Shown in pieces: positions 37,083-46,875 of a stretch of 64,000 nucleotides of DNA (positions are counted from its first letter, which is position 1; each line of letters begins with the position of its first letter). The DNA is from Chloroflexota bacterium (GTDB taxonomy: Bacteria; Chloroflexota; UBA11872; VXOZ01): assembly GCA_963663275.1 (NCBI GenBank), contig OY760183.1, positions 992,001 through 1,056,000 of the forward strand, written 5' to 3'. A program made the position numbers and the translations under genes. The notes below the pieces were generated by a model that saw only the letters and a list, made by a program, of their open reading frames with translations, was not told the DNA's origin and made no database searches.

Positions 37083-37143
37083 CACAGGGAGAGGGTTAGG
37101 GTGAGGGTGAAGCAGCAGAGTACAATCACGGAGAAGGGGTACC

Positions 37144-38856
37144 ATGGCCGCACCGCCGTATAGCGTACACATGGAACGAAACGTTGCCGTCCCCATGCGC
37201 GACGGCGTCAATTTGCGGGCGGACGTCTACCGGCCGCAAGCGGACGGGCCGTTTCCGGTCATTCTCACGCGCACGCCGTACAACAAGGGCACGCTGGACG
37301 GCAGCCCCTCGCCCACCTACGAAGCCCTGGCCGCGGCGGGCTACCTGGTGGTGGCGCAGGACGTGCGCGGGCGTTACGCCTCGGGCGGCGAGTTTACGCC
37401 GCTCTTCGCCTTCGGCTATCCCGACGTCGAGGACGGCTACGATACGGTGGAGTGGTGCGCGCGCCTGCCGGATTCGACCGGCGACGTGGGCATCTTCGGC
37501 AACTCCTACGGCGGCTTCACCTCGTATTGCGCCGCCTTCAGCCAGGCTCCCAGCCTGCGTTGCGTCTTTGCCGAGGGCATGACCCAACGGCTCACCGACT
37601 TCGAACCGCTCTTCCGCCCCGGGCGGCGCTTTGCCTGGTCCATGTGCACCATCGCGCCGGACATTCGCCTGAAGAAGGGCCTGGACGGCACGCACGACAA
37701 GGATACGGCCGATCAACTCTGGGAGCGCGAGCGCCACAAGTGGCTCTGGTTCCTGCCCCGCAAGGACATTCCCGACGAGCAGTTCGGCGGCGCCGCGCAG
37801 GCCGCGCACTACCGCGTGCTGATGACCGAAGCCGGTGTGGATACGTTCCAGTGGCAGGACCGCTACCCGGACGTGCAGGTGCCGGTCTATCACCGCGTGG
37901 GCTGGTACGATCGCTTCGTGCGCGCCATCGACGGCTATACGCTGATGGCGCAACAGGCCGCCACGCCGGCGGCCCGCGCCGGACAGCGCGCCATGATCGG
38001 CCCCTGGGGGCACACCAGCGCGCTGCACGCCTACGAGGGCGAACTGGACTTTGGCCCGGACGGCCAACTGGAGCAAACCGACCTGCTGCTGCGCTGGTTC
38101 GACCACTGGCTGAAAGGCCACGCGACCGGCATCATGGACGAGGGGCCGATCCGGCTCTACATCCTGGGCGCTAACGCCTGGCGCGATGAGCAAGAGTGGC
38201 CGCTGGCGCGTACCCAATACACCGACTACTTCCTGCACAGCGGCGGCGCCGCCCAGACGCCCCACGGCGACGGCAGCCTTTCTCCCACAGAGTCAGGTGA
38301 AGAGACGCCGGATCAGTTCGTCTACGATCCCCGCGACCCGGTGCCTTCCTGCCACCTGATGCACGACCAAGACGGCGTCTTCGACCAGCGCGTGCTTGAT
38401 TCGCGTCGTGACGTGCTCGTCTACCAGACCGAACCCCTGACCGCGCCGCTGGAAGTCACCGGCGAACCGGTCGTGCGCCTCTACGCGGCCTCCAGCGCCG
38501 TGGACACCGACTTCATGGCAAAGCTGGTGGACGTGCACCCGGACGGCTTTGCGCAAAACCTCTGCTATGGGGTCGTGCGCGCGCGCTTCCGCAATGGCTA
38601 CGCCGCGCCGCAACTGCTCACGCCGGGGCAGGTCTACGAATTCACGATCGCCCTCAACCCCATCGCCAACGTCTTCCAACCCGGCCACCGCCTGCGCCTG
38701 GACATCACCAGCAGCGACTTTCCCAACTGGGACCGCAACCTGAACACCGGCGGCGACGGCTACGCGGACGCAACCATGGTCACCGCCCGCCAGACCGTGC
38801 TCCACGACGGCGCGCATCCCTCGCGCATCACGCTGCCGGTGATACCAAGGGAATGA
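37144..38856 (+). CDS. CocE/NonD family hydrolase
   Basis: MRDGVNLRAD, RTPY, QDVRGRYASGG, GNSYGG, GWYD, IGPWGH. Confidence 0.93.
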   Translation: MAAPPYSVHMERNVAVPMRDGVNLRADVYRPQADGPFPVILTRTPYNKGTLDGSPSPTYEALAAAGYLVVAQDVRGRYASGGEFTPLFAFGYPDVEDGYDTVEWCARLPDSTGDVGIFGNSYGGFTSYCAAFSQAPSLRCVFAEGMTQRLTDFEPLFRPGRRFAWSMCTIAPDIRLKKGLDGTHDKDTADQLWERERHKWLWFLPRKDIPDEQFGGAAQAAHYRVLMTEAGVDTFQWQDRYPDVQVPVYHRVGWYDRFVRAIDGYTLMAQQAATPAARAGQRAMIGPWGHTSALHAYEGELDFGPDGQLEQTDLLLRWFDHWLKGHATGIMDEGPIRLYILGANAWRDEQEWPLARTQYTDYFLHSGGAAQTPHGDGSLSPTESGEETPDQFVYDPRDPVPSCHLMHDQDGVFDQRVLDSRRDVLVYQTEPLTAPLEVTGEPVVRLYAASSAVDTDFMAKLVDVHPDGFAQNLCYGVVRARFRNGYAAPQLLTPGQVYEFTIALNPIANVFQPGHRLRLDITSSDFPNWDRNLNTGGDGYADATMVTARQTVLHDGAHPSRITLPVIPRE

Positions 38857-38882
38857 ACTAAGCGGTTGAGAGTCTCAGCGGC

Positions 38883-39052
38883 CGCAGGTTACAAACCTGC
38901 GCTACCGGACGGCAAGTTCGCAACCTGCGCGGTTGGGTAGGGTACGTTCGCAACTTGCGCCATCAGGTAGCGTAGGTTTATAACCTGCGCGGACGGGTAG
39001 CGTAGGTTTGCAACCTGCGCCGGCTCGGTAGCGTAGGTTTGTAACCTGCGCC
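38883..39052. repeat. Cluster of about six family-C palindromes (GGTAGCGYAGGTTTGTAACCTGCGC), about 30-bp period
   Basis: One inverted copy then several degenerate direct copies; family also at 7930, 18133, 48088. Confidence 0.85.
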
Positions 39053-39085
39053 GGCCAGGCGGGGTGCTCACACAATGCCGGGCAA

Positions 39086-39343
39086 TCACCCATCTTCCGC
39101 CGTCTCGGCGGCTACGCCCTCTTCGAAAGCAGCGCGTTCTTCTCGCCACGTGAGGCTCTGCCGCGTACCTGCCGCCGCGCCAGAGTAGCGCGCGACCTGT
39201 GAAGGAACCGGAAGCAACCGCACGCCGTCCGGCGTCGACTCGAACCGCACCACGTCTCCCGGCTCTATGCCGAGTTGCTCTCGTATTTCAGCGGGGACGG
39301 TCACCTGTCCCTTGCGCGTCACCCGCGATTCGTACACTGGCAT
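39086..39343 (-). CDS. AbrB/MazE/SpoVT family DNA-binding protein (orphan antitoxin-like)
   Basis: SRVTRKGQVTVPAEIREQLGIEPGDVVRF; GGAG SD. Confidence 0.88.
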   Translation of the reverse strand: MPVYESRVTRKGQVTVPAEIREQLGIEPGDVVRFESTPDGVRLLPVPSQVARYSGAAAGTRQSLTWREERAAFEEGVAAETAEDG

Positions 39344-39629
39344 CGTAGTTCTCCAAAGCGACGCCTTCCATGCGCTATCAGTACTACTATCTCGAAGAGC
39401 GTCGCGGCTCGTCAATAGAGGATTCAGGTGGGAAACCGCGACCGGGAGGCATTGCCGCGCACTGTAGTCTGATCCGTCAGGCAATGCGCCCACCTGTCTA
39501 CCCGCGTCTATTCGCGCACGGCCCGTTTCCTGCCGAATCCCGCCGCATTCGCTACAATAGACGGTACTACTTTCGAGACGCGCCGCAAGACGACGAATCC
39601 CAAAACCATCTGCGAGGCAAGAATTCACC

Positions 39630-42290
39630 GTGCGCACCGACGAAATCCGCCAACGTTTCCTCGACTATTTCGAAGAAAAGCAACATCTGGTCATGCCCGG
39701 GTCGTCGCTCATTCCCCAGGGCGATCCCAGCGTGCTGCTCACCTCCGCCGGCATGCAACAGTTCAAGGACTACTACCTCGGCTTGGCCGACCCGCCGCGG
39801 CCGCGCATCGCCACCGTGCAGAAGTGCCTGCGCACCGACGACATCGAGGAAGTGGGCGACCAGTCCCATCTCACCTTCTTCGAGATGCTGGGCAACTTCG
39901 CCTTTGGCGACTACTTCAAGGAAGAGGCCGTTGCTTTCGCCTGGGAACTGGTGACCGAACGCTTTCCGTTTCAGAAAGAGCAGGTCTGGGCCACGGTCTT
40001 TGGCGGTCAGGGCGACCTGGGGCCCGATGAAGAGGCCGAGCGCGCCTGGCTGGCGGTGGGCGTGCCGCCGGAGCGCATCGTGCGCTATCCGGGCTGGGAG
40101 GAGAACTGGTGGGGGCCCACCGGCGATTCCGGTCCCTGCGGACCGTGCTCGGAGATTCACCTGGAACTTGCGCCCAACACCGACGGGCACGACTGCCTGG
40201 GCCCGGCCTGCCCCTGCGGCCGCTTCCTGGAAATCTGGAACCTGGTCTTCAACCAGTATTACTCCAGCGTCGGCGGTAACCAACTGAACGCCGAGGCCCT
40301 GACGCCTCTGGCAAACGTCGGCGTGGACACCGGCGCGGGACTGGAACGCTGGGCCGTGGCGCTGCAAGGGGTCGCCACGATCTACGATACCGATGCGTTC
40401 CTGCCCGTCGTCCAACAAGCGGCGGAGATGCTCGGCTGCGCCTACGGCGCCAGCGACGCGCAAGACGTGGGACTGCGCATCATCTGCGAGCACACCCGCG
40501 CCGCGGTCTTTCTGATTGGCGACGGCGTGCTGCCCGGCAACGCGGGCCGCAGTTACGTGCTGCGCCGCCTGATCCGCCGCGCCATGCGCCACGCCTACCT
40601 GCTCGGCCGCCGCGAACCGATGCTGGCTACGCTCGGCCAAAGCGTCATCGGCCTGATGGGCGCGGCGTACCCGGAGGCGCGGGAGCGGGAGGACTTTATC
40701 CTGCGCATGATTACCAAGGAGGAAGAAAACTTCCTGGGTAACGTGAGCCGGGGACTGCCCATTCTCACCGCCATGCTGGAAAACGTCGCGCAGGACGGCG
40801 GCGCGACCATGGCCGGCGCGGATGCGTTCCTCCTCCACGATTCCTACGGCTTCCCCATCGAGCTTACCCGGGAGGTGGCCGGCAAACGCGGCATCACGGT
40901 GGATGAAGAGGCGTACCAGGCCGCGCTGCGGGAACAACAGGAACGCAGCCGCCAAAGCGCCCAGTTCGAGATCGTGCAGAACCTGCCCGCCGACTTTCCC
41001 GGGGTGGAGTTCACCGGCTACGAAACGACGACCGACACCGGTACCGTCGTCGGCATCCAGCAGGGAGATGAGCGGGCCGGCCGGCTGAAGACCGGCGAAG
41101 AGGGTCTTATCATCCTGGACCGCACGCCGTTCTACGCCGAAGGCGGCGGACAGGTGGGCGATACCGGAGAGATTATTGGCGCGGACGGGGTCTTTCGGGT
41201 GGAAAACACGCATTCGCCGCAGCCCGGGCTTATCGTCCATCAGGGCACGGTTGCGGAGGGCGCAATCGTCGCCGATTCAACGGTAACGGCAACCGTGGAT
41301 GCGCCGCGCCGCGCCGACACCGCGCGCAATCACACGGCAACCCATCTCCTGCACGCCGCCCTGCGCGGCCTGCTCGGCGACCACGTGCAGCAATCCGGTT
41401 CGCTGGTCGCGCCGGACCACCTGCGCTTCGACTTTGCCCATCCCGAGGCCCTCACGCGCCAGGACGTCGCGGAAGTGGAGCGGCGCGTGAACGCTCACGT
41501 GCAGGCAAATCTCTTAACTGAGATAAGGTACTTAGAAACATCGGAAGCGGTGGCCGCGGGCGCGCTGGCGCTCTTTGGCGAGAAGTACGGTGAGACCGTG
41601 CGGATGCTCAGCATCGACGGCGTGAGCAAGGAACTCTGCGGCGGCACCCACGTACCGGCCACCGGCGCGATCGGCCTCTTCGTCATTCGCAGTGAATCCA
41701 GCATCGGCGCGGGTCTGCGCCGCATCGAGGCGCTCACCGGCCCGGCCGCGATTCGTCACGTTCAGGAACAGAACGCCCTGCTGCTCGACCTCTCTACGAC
41801 GCTGGAGACGCCGCCGCAGGAACTTGCGGCCCGCGCCGCCGCGCTAAAGGAAGAAGCCGCTGAACAGCGGCGGCAGATTACGCGCCTGGAGCGCGGCCAG
41901 GCGGGCCAGCAGGTGGAGCAACTCATCGCCGCGGCGGAGGACCTCGATGGCGTGACGCTTGTGGTGGGCACGGTGGACGCGCCCAACGTGGAAACCTTCC
42001 GCGAGCTTGGCGATCGGGTCAAGGACCGGCTCGGCGGCGCCGGCGCAGTGCTGCTGGGCGCCCTGCTCAACGACCGCCCGCAGTTCCTCATCATGACCAC
42101 CAAAGGCTTGTCGAAAGAGCGCGGCGTCCACGCCGGCAACCTGGTGCGCGCGGTCGGCAAGGCGGCCGGCGGCGGCGGCGGCGGCGGTCCCGAAACCGCC
42201 CAGGCCGGCGGCCGCGACCCGGCCAAATTGGACGAAGCCCTGCAGCAGGGCGCCCAACTCCTGCGGGACGCCCTGCAGAGCGCGAACTAG
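39630..42290 (+). CDS. alaS: Alanine-tRNA ligase
   Basis: SAGMQQFK, HLTFFEMLGNF, GPCSEI, DTGAGLER, NHTATHLL, ELCGGTH, GGGGG DHHA1. Confidence 0.98.
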   Translation: MRTDEIRQRFLDYFEEKQHLVMPGSSLIPQGDPSVLLTSAGMQQFKDYYLGLADPPRPRIATVQKCLRTDDIEEVGDQSHLTFFEMLGNFAFGDYFKEEAVAFAWELVTERFPFQKEQVWATVFGGQGDLGPDEEAERAWLAVGVPPERIVRYPGWEENWWGPTGDSGPCGPCSEIHLELAPNTDGHDCLGPACPCGRFLEIWNLVFNQYYSSVGGNQLNAEALTPLANVGVDTGAGLERWAVALQGVATIYDTDAFLPVVQQAAEMLGCAYGASDAQDVGLRIICEHTRAAVFLIGDGVLPGNAGRSYVLRRLIRRAMRHAYLLGRREPMLATLGQSVIGLMGAAYPEAREREDFILRMITKEEENFLGNVSRGLPILTAMLENVAQDGGATMAGADAFLLHDSYGFPIELTREVAGKRGITVDEEAYQAALREQQERSRQSAQFEIVQNLPADFPGVEFTGYETTTDTGTVVGIQQGDERAGRLKTGEEGLIILDRTPFYAEGGGQVGDTGEIIGADGVFRVENTHSPQPGLIVHQGTVAEGAIVADSTVTATVDAPRRADTARNHTATHLLHAALRGLLGDHVQQSGSLVAPDHLRFDFAHPEALTRQDVAEVERRVNAHVQANLLTEIRYLETSEAVAAGALALFGEKYGETVRMLSIDGVSKELCGGTHVPATGAIGLFVIRSESSIGAGLRRIEALTGPAAIRHVQEQNALLLDLSTTLETPPQELAARAAALKEEAAEQRRQITRLERGQAGQQVEQLIAAAEDLDGVTLVVGTVDAPNVETFRELGDRVKDRLGGAGAVLLGALLNDRPQFLIMTTKGLSKERGVHAGNLVRAVGKAAGGGGGGGPETAQAGGRDPAKLDEALQQGAQLLRDALQSAN

Positions 42291-42352
42291 CCAGCCGCAC
42301 GTGGCCAACGCGCTCTTGCGCGCGCCGTCAAGCGTCGTTGGCCCGCCGTAGC

Positions 42353-42380
42353 GTAGGGGCGGTTCGCGAACCGCCCCTAC
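42353..42380. repeat. Perfect GTAG palindrome family H
   Basis: GTAGGGGCGGTTCGCGAACCGCCCCTAC; adjacent to a family-A copy. Confidence 0.75.
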
Positions 42381-42623
42381 CGTTAGCGCCGGTAGCGCGG
42401 GGGGCTTGTCTCCCGCCTCTTGCTACAATGGTCGCCGCCAACTCCGCCAACGCACTAAGGACACACGCCTTCGATTCCTCCCCTCTATCAACCTACGGGA
42501 CTGCGGCGCGCTCGGCATGACGTTAGTAGTCAACCCAACCTGATTCCTTGTAAATTCATCCCCTTTAAGGCATCGTATAGAGTGAGTTGACTAAGCGGCA
42601 TTCTTGATGCAAGGAGTTACAGC

Positions 42624-43841
42624 ATGGCGCTATCTGCGGACGAACAAGCGGTTTTGAACGGTGAAAAGCGCAACCTGCCTTTCCTGCCGGCCCTGGGCGG
42701 CTGGTACAACGAAGAAGAGGTGGAGGCGTTGACCCAGGCGTTGCGCGAGAGCATGGAATGGAAAGTAGGCTTCACCGGCAACGACATCGCGGAATTCGAG
42801 CGGGAATTCGCCGAGTATTGCGACGTAAAGTACGCGTTTGCCGTGAATTCGTGCGGCACCGGCCTGGATGGGGCCATGCAGGCGCTGGACCTCGGCCCGG
42901 ACGATGAGGTCATCGTGCCGGCCATAACCTACATTGCCACCGCCCAGGCGGTCGTCGGCGTCGGCGCCAAGGTCGTGCTGGCCGAGTGTCACGCGGATAC
43001 GTTCAACGTGGATCCCAACGACGTGGAACGCCGCATGACGCCCAACACCCGCGCCATCCTGCCGGTGCACAACAACGGCCTTTCCGCCGACATGGACGCC
43101 CTGGCCGACATTGCCGCGCGGCATCCGCATCCCGTGCACGGCCCGCCGCCCGTGATTGGCGACGCGGCCCGCGCGGCCGGCGGCGGCTACAAGGGCACCC
43201 GCGTCGGCAAGCGCGGCGCGATGAACGTCTTCAGCTTCCAGACCACCAAGAACATGACCACCCTGGGCGAAGGCGGCATGGTGACGACGGACGACGACGA
43301 TTACGCTGCCTACATCAACAGCAGCCGCTCGTTCGGCTGGGGGCTGCAAGGCTGGGGCACGAACTACCGCCTCACCAAACTCCAGGCCGTGGCCGGCAGA
43401 ATCCAGCTTGCGCGGCTCGACGAGATGAACGACCTGCGCCGCGACCGGGCGTTGATGCTCTCGGCGCACCTCGCCGACGCGCCGGGCGTCATCGTGCCGC
43501 AGACGCCGGACGGCTACGACCACGTGTGGTACGGCTACACGGTGCTGCTGGAGCCGGACTGGGCCGGCGAGCCGCGCGATCGCGTTGCGGAGATCATGCA
43601 GTCCGAGTACGGCGTGGGCAGCGGCGTCATGAACGCCGCGCTGCCTGATTACGATTCCATCCTGAATAAGCTGGGCCACGCGCCGGAAGACGTGCCGGTT
43701 TCCACCGATCTGGGCCGCCGCCTCTTCTGCCCTTCGCTCCACCCGCTGATGAGCGACGACGACGTGCTCTACGTGGCCGCCTCGATCAAGGCGAGTATGC
43801 AGAAAGTCGCCGGCGCGGTCGGCGCCGCCGTCGCGGGCTAG
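42624..43841 (+). CDS. DegT/DnrJ/EryC1/StrS PLP aminotransferase
   Basis: AVNSCGTGL, DEVIVP, FSFQTTKNMTTLGEGGM, GTNYRL. Confidence 0.92.
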   Translation: MALSADEQAVLNGEKRNLPFLPALGGWYNEEEVEALTQALRESMEWKVGFTGNDIAEFEREFAEYCDVKYAFAVNSCGTGLDGAMQALDLGPDDEVIVPAITYIATAQAVVGVGAKVVLAECHADTFNVDPNDVERRMTPNTRAILPVHNNGLSADMDALADIAARHPHPVHGPPPVIGDAARAAGGGYKGTRVGKRGAMNVFSFQTTKNMTTLGEGGMVTTDDDDYAAYINSSRSFGWGLQGWGTNYRLTKLQAVAGRIQLARLDEMNDLRRDRALMLSAHLADAPGVIVPQTPDGYDHVWYGYTVLLEPDWAGEPRDRVAEIMQSEYGVGSGVMNAALPDYDSILNKLGHAPEDVPVSTDLGRRLFCPSLHPLMSDDDVLYVAASIKASMQKVAGAVGAAVAG

Positions 43842-43986
43842 TAGGGTTAGACGGCTCACGTCCTCGCGTTGCCGGGCGGCGTTGCGGTAGGGGCACGACA
43901 TGTCGTGCCCCTACCGCAACGCCGCCCTTGACCAAGTGAAGTCTCTGCGCTTTTGGTGCGTAAGGCCTTACCAAAAGAGTGGCGCC

Positions 43987-44196
43987 ATGGACAATCTTAG
44001 CGATTGGGCAACCACCATTGTTGTCGTTGTAGCGTTTGCTGGGCTGATTTGGCGATTCGAAACGCGCATCTCCCATCTCGGCGAGCGGGTATCCCGTCTT
44101 GAAGGCCTTATAGAAGGCTTGAATGACCGCGTGTCTCGCATTGAGAAGGTATTGGATAGCCACTTCATACAGGCCGGCAAGCGGGAGGATACGTGA
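43987..44196 (+). CDS. Small membrane-anchored coiled-coil protein (paralog of 60884-61129)
   Basis: N-terminal TM then RISHLGERVSRLEG...RVSRIE. Confidence 0.7.
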   Translation: MDNLSDWATTIVVVVAFAGLIWRFETRISHLGERVSRLEGLIEGLNDRVSRIEKVLDSHFIQAGKREDT

Positions 44197-44648
44197 GAGG
44201 GCCGGGAAGTCTCGCGCCGCCGTGAACGGCAAAACGAGTGAGAAGTAGAATGCTCGTTCTTCTCTCTATGCTGCCGGAGCCTCCAGCCGCTACGCCGGAG
44301 GACGCTCCAATGTTTGCCGGTCTCGCCGCCGGCCGGTAGCTGACGACACCCGATATAAGAAGACTTCCGTTTCACGCACAGAGCACAAAACACTGCCGGA
44401 TGGATTGCATGTACTCATGCGCAATCCATCCGGTTGTTCTTTCATCCGCGTAAAAGGCCGCAAAATCGCTCGTCCAACCGCGCTCGCGCATCGTTCCGCC
44501 AGTTGCGCCCGCCTCCTGATTGCTCTACATTTGGGGAAAGAGAGTGTATTTCCTGGCATCCTCCGGTGGTTTCAGCCTGCGCTCCGCGCGGCAACGGTTT
44601 CGGCGAGCGCACTCCCGGTAGCGCCTACAAGGACGGCATGACGCCTTG

Positions 44649-45407
44649 ATGCTCGTTTTCAATGTCTGGCGGCGGGCGCTGGGCATGCACTACTTCGAGT
44701 TCTTCACCATCATCCGGGGCAACATCCTCTGGGCGCTGTTCTGCTTACCCTACGTGCTCTACAGCTACGTCGCCCTGCTGCCGCTGCTCACGGACAGCGC
44801 GGAGACCGCCCGGGACACGTCGCCGATCATCCAGGGCCTTTCCTACATCATCGCCTCGCTGGTGTTGCTTACGCTGGCCGGCCCGGCCACCGCCGCCCTC
44901 TACGACTACGCCGCCCGCTCGCTGGACGGCGAGGCCGTGGGCATGCAGTCCTATTGGGAGAGTTTCCGCGCGCACTTCATCAAGGGCTACCTGGTGGCGG
45001 CGCTCGACCTGCTGATCCTCGCCACGCTGGTGCTCAACACCTGGTTCTATCTGACGGCGGACATCCCCCAACTCTTCCGCGTGCTCAGCATCGTCTTCAT
45101 GTGGGGCATCGTGTTCTGGGTTGCCATTCAGCCCTACGTGTTCTCGGTGATGATCAAGCTCGACACCTCCGTGTTGCAGACTTTTCGCAACGCGGTGCTG
45201 CTGGCGCTGGACAATCTCGGCGTCACCGTCAGCCTGATGGGCGTGCAAATCGTCATGCTCTTCTTCTTCATTCCCCTCATCGCCATTGCCTATCCGGTGC
45301 TGGGCGGCTCCATCTTTGCCCACACCCACGTGGGCGTCGTGAACGAACTCCTGGACCAGTACGAGGCCAAGCGCGGCGCGGGCGGTACGGCGCCGGGCGA
45401 ATCGTGA
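44649..45407 (+). CDS. DUF624/YesL-like membrane protein
   Basis: NILW, GPATAALY, SFRAHF, RNAVLLAL; multi-TM; upstream of sugar ABC ATPase. Confidence 0.7.
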   Translation: MLVFNVWRRALGMHYFEFFTIIRGNILWALFCLPYVLYSYVALLPLLTDSAETARDTSPIIQGLSYIIASLVLLTLAGPATAALYDYAARSLDGEAVGMQSYWESFRAHFIKGYLVAALDLLILATLVLNTWFYLTADIPQLFRVLSIVFMWGIVFWVAIQPYVFSVMIKLDTSVLQTFRNAVLLALDNLGVTVSLMGVQIVMLFFFIPLIAIAYPVLGGSIFAHTHVGVVNELLDQYEAKRGAGGTAPGES

Positions 45408-45417
45408 GGAGGACGCA

Positions 45418-46581
45418 GTGGCAAGCCTCACGCTAGAGGGAGCGACCAAGACCTACAAGAAGCCAAACCCCCTCTCCTGGAAGGGCCTGATCGGGCGCTT
45501 CAGAGGCGGGGAAGCGACCGATACGGTGGTGGCTGATACCGAGGAAGACCTGGTCTACGCGCTGGACGGCATCGACCTTCAGATCGACGACGGCGAGTCG
45601 CTGAGCGTGCTGGGGCCGTCAGGCTGCGGCAAGACGACCCTGCTGCGCATCCTGGCCGGCCTGGAGCATCTGGACGGCGGCAAGGTGCTCTTCGACGGCG
45701 AGGACGTGACCACCGTGAGCCCCCAGGACCGCAACGTGGCGATGGTCTTCCAGGACTACGCCCTGTACCCCCATTGGCCCTCGCAGGACAACCTCGGCTT
45801 CTTCTTCCAGATGCACCAGCGCAAGCATGAGATTCCGGAGCGGGTGCGCATTACGGCGCGGGTGATGGGGCTTGGCTTCGAGACGCTGCTGAGCCAGAAG
45901 CCGCCGAAACTCTCCGGCGGACAGCAACAGCGCGTGGCCATCGCCCGCGCCATCATTCGCGATCCGCGGACGTTTCTCTTCGACGAACCGCTCTCGAACC
46001 TGGACGCCAAGGTGCGCGCCCGCACCCGCGTGGAGATCAAACGCCTGGTGCAGCGTTTCGGCATTACGTCGGTCTACGTGACCCACGACCAGTCCGAGGC
46101 TTTTACCATGGGCGACCGCGTGGCCGTGATGCACGACGGCAAGATCCTGCAAGTGGATACCCGCCGCCGGCTTATCGAGCGTCCGCTCAACCTCATGGTG
46201 GCCGACTTCATTACGCTGCCGGCCATGAACCTGCTGCCCGGCGTGGTGCACCGGGAGTACGTGGACGTGCACGACCGCAAGGTCGCGCCGCCGCCAGTGG
46301 TGCTCCAGCAGTACCAGGCCGAACGGGTGACCATCGGCATCCGGCCCGCGGACGTGGTGCTGCGCCCCGACAACGAGGAGGACACGATTCCGGCCAAGGT
46401 GGAGATCGTGGAACCCCTGCTCAGCGACCGCGCGGTGCTGCTCACGGTGCGCGTGGGGCGCTACGTCTACCGCGTCCAACGGCCGCAGACCGAACACCAC
46501 GAGCCGGATACGCTCATCTTCATGCAGGTCCCCGCCCACTGCCAGCACGTTTTCGATAGCAAAGGGCGGCGCGTCAACTAG
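45418..46581 (+). CDS. Sugar ABC transporter ATP-binding protein (MalK/MsmX type)
   Basis: GPSGCGKTT, VFQDYALYPH, LSGGQQQR, DEPLSNLD, YVTHDQ. Confidence 0.93.
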   Translation: MASLTLEGATKTYKKPNPLSWKGLIGRFRGGEATDTVVADTEEDLVYALDGIDLQIDDGESLSVLGPSGCGKTTLLRILAGLEHLDGGKVLFDGEDVTTVSPQDRNVAMVFQDYALYPHWPSQDNLGFFFQMHQRKHEIPERVRITARVMGLGFETLLSQKPPKLSGGQQQRVAIARAIIRDPRTFLFDEPLSNLDAKVRARTRVEIKRLVQRFGITSVYVTHDQSEAFTMGDRVAVMHDGKILQVDTRRRLIERPLNLMVADFITLPAMNLLPGVVHREYVDVHDRKVAPPPVVLQQYQAERVTIGIRPADVVLRPDNEEDTIPAKVEIVEPLLSDRAVLLTVRVGRYVYRVQRPQTEHHEPDTLIFMQVPAHCQHVFDSKGRRVN

Positions 46582-46875
46582 CGCGAGAAGCAAGGCTCCC
46601 TCTTTCGGCGGAGACCTTGGCGTAACCTCGGGCGGCGGTCTTTCCACTCCCTCTCCCCGGGGAGCGAGGACAAGGGCGGCTCTTTCCACACCCTCTCCCT
46701 GGGGAGAGGGCCGGGGTGAGGGGATTACGCTCAGGAAACCGGAAACTCGCTTCGCTCAGAGTCGTACCCCCTCACCCTAACCCTCTCCCCCAGGAGAGGG
46801 AACCGGAGCCGCTCCGGAGATATTGCGTTTCCCTCTGAGATAAGTCTAATCCGCCTGGAAGCGCCAAATTCATCC

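Noticed and set aside
42465-42490. tRNA fragment (TTCGATTCC)
   Set aside because: No T-stem pairing or cloverleaf around it.
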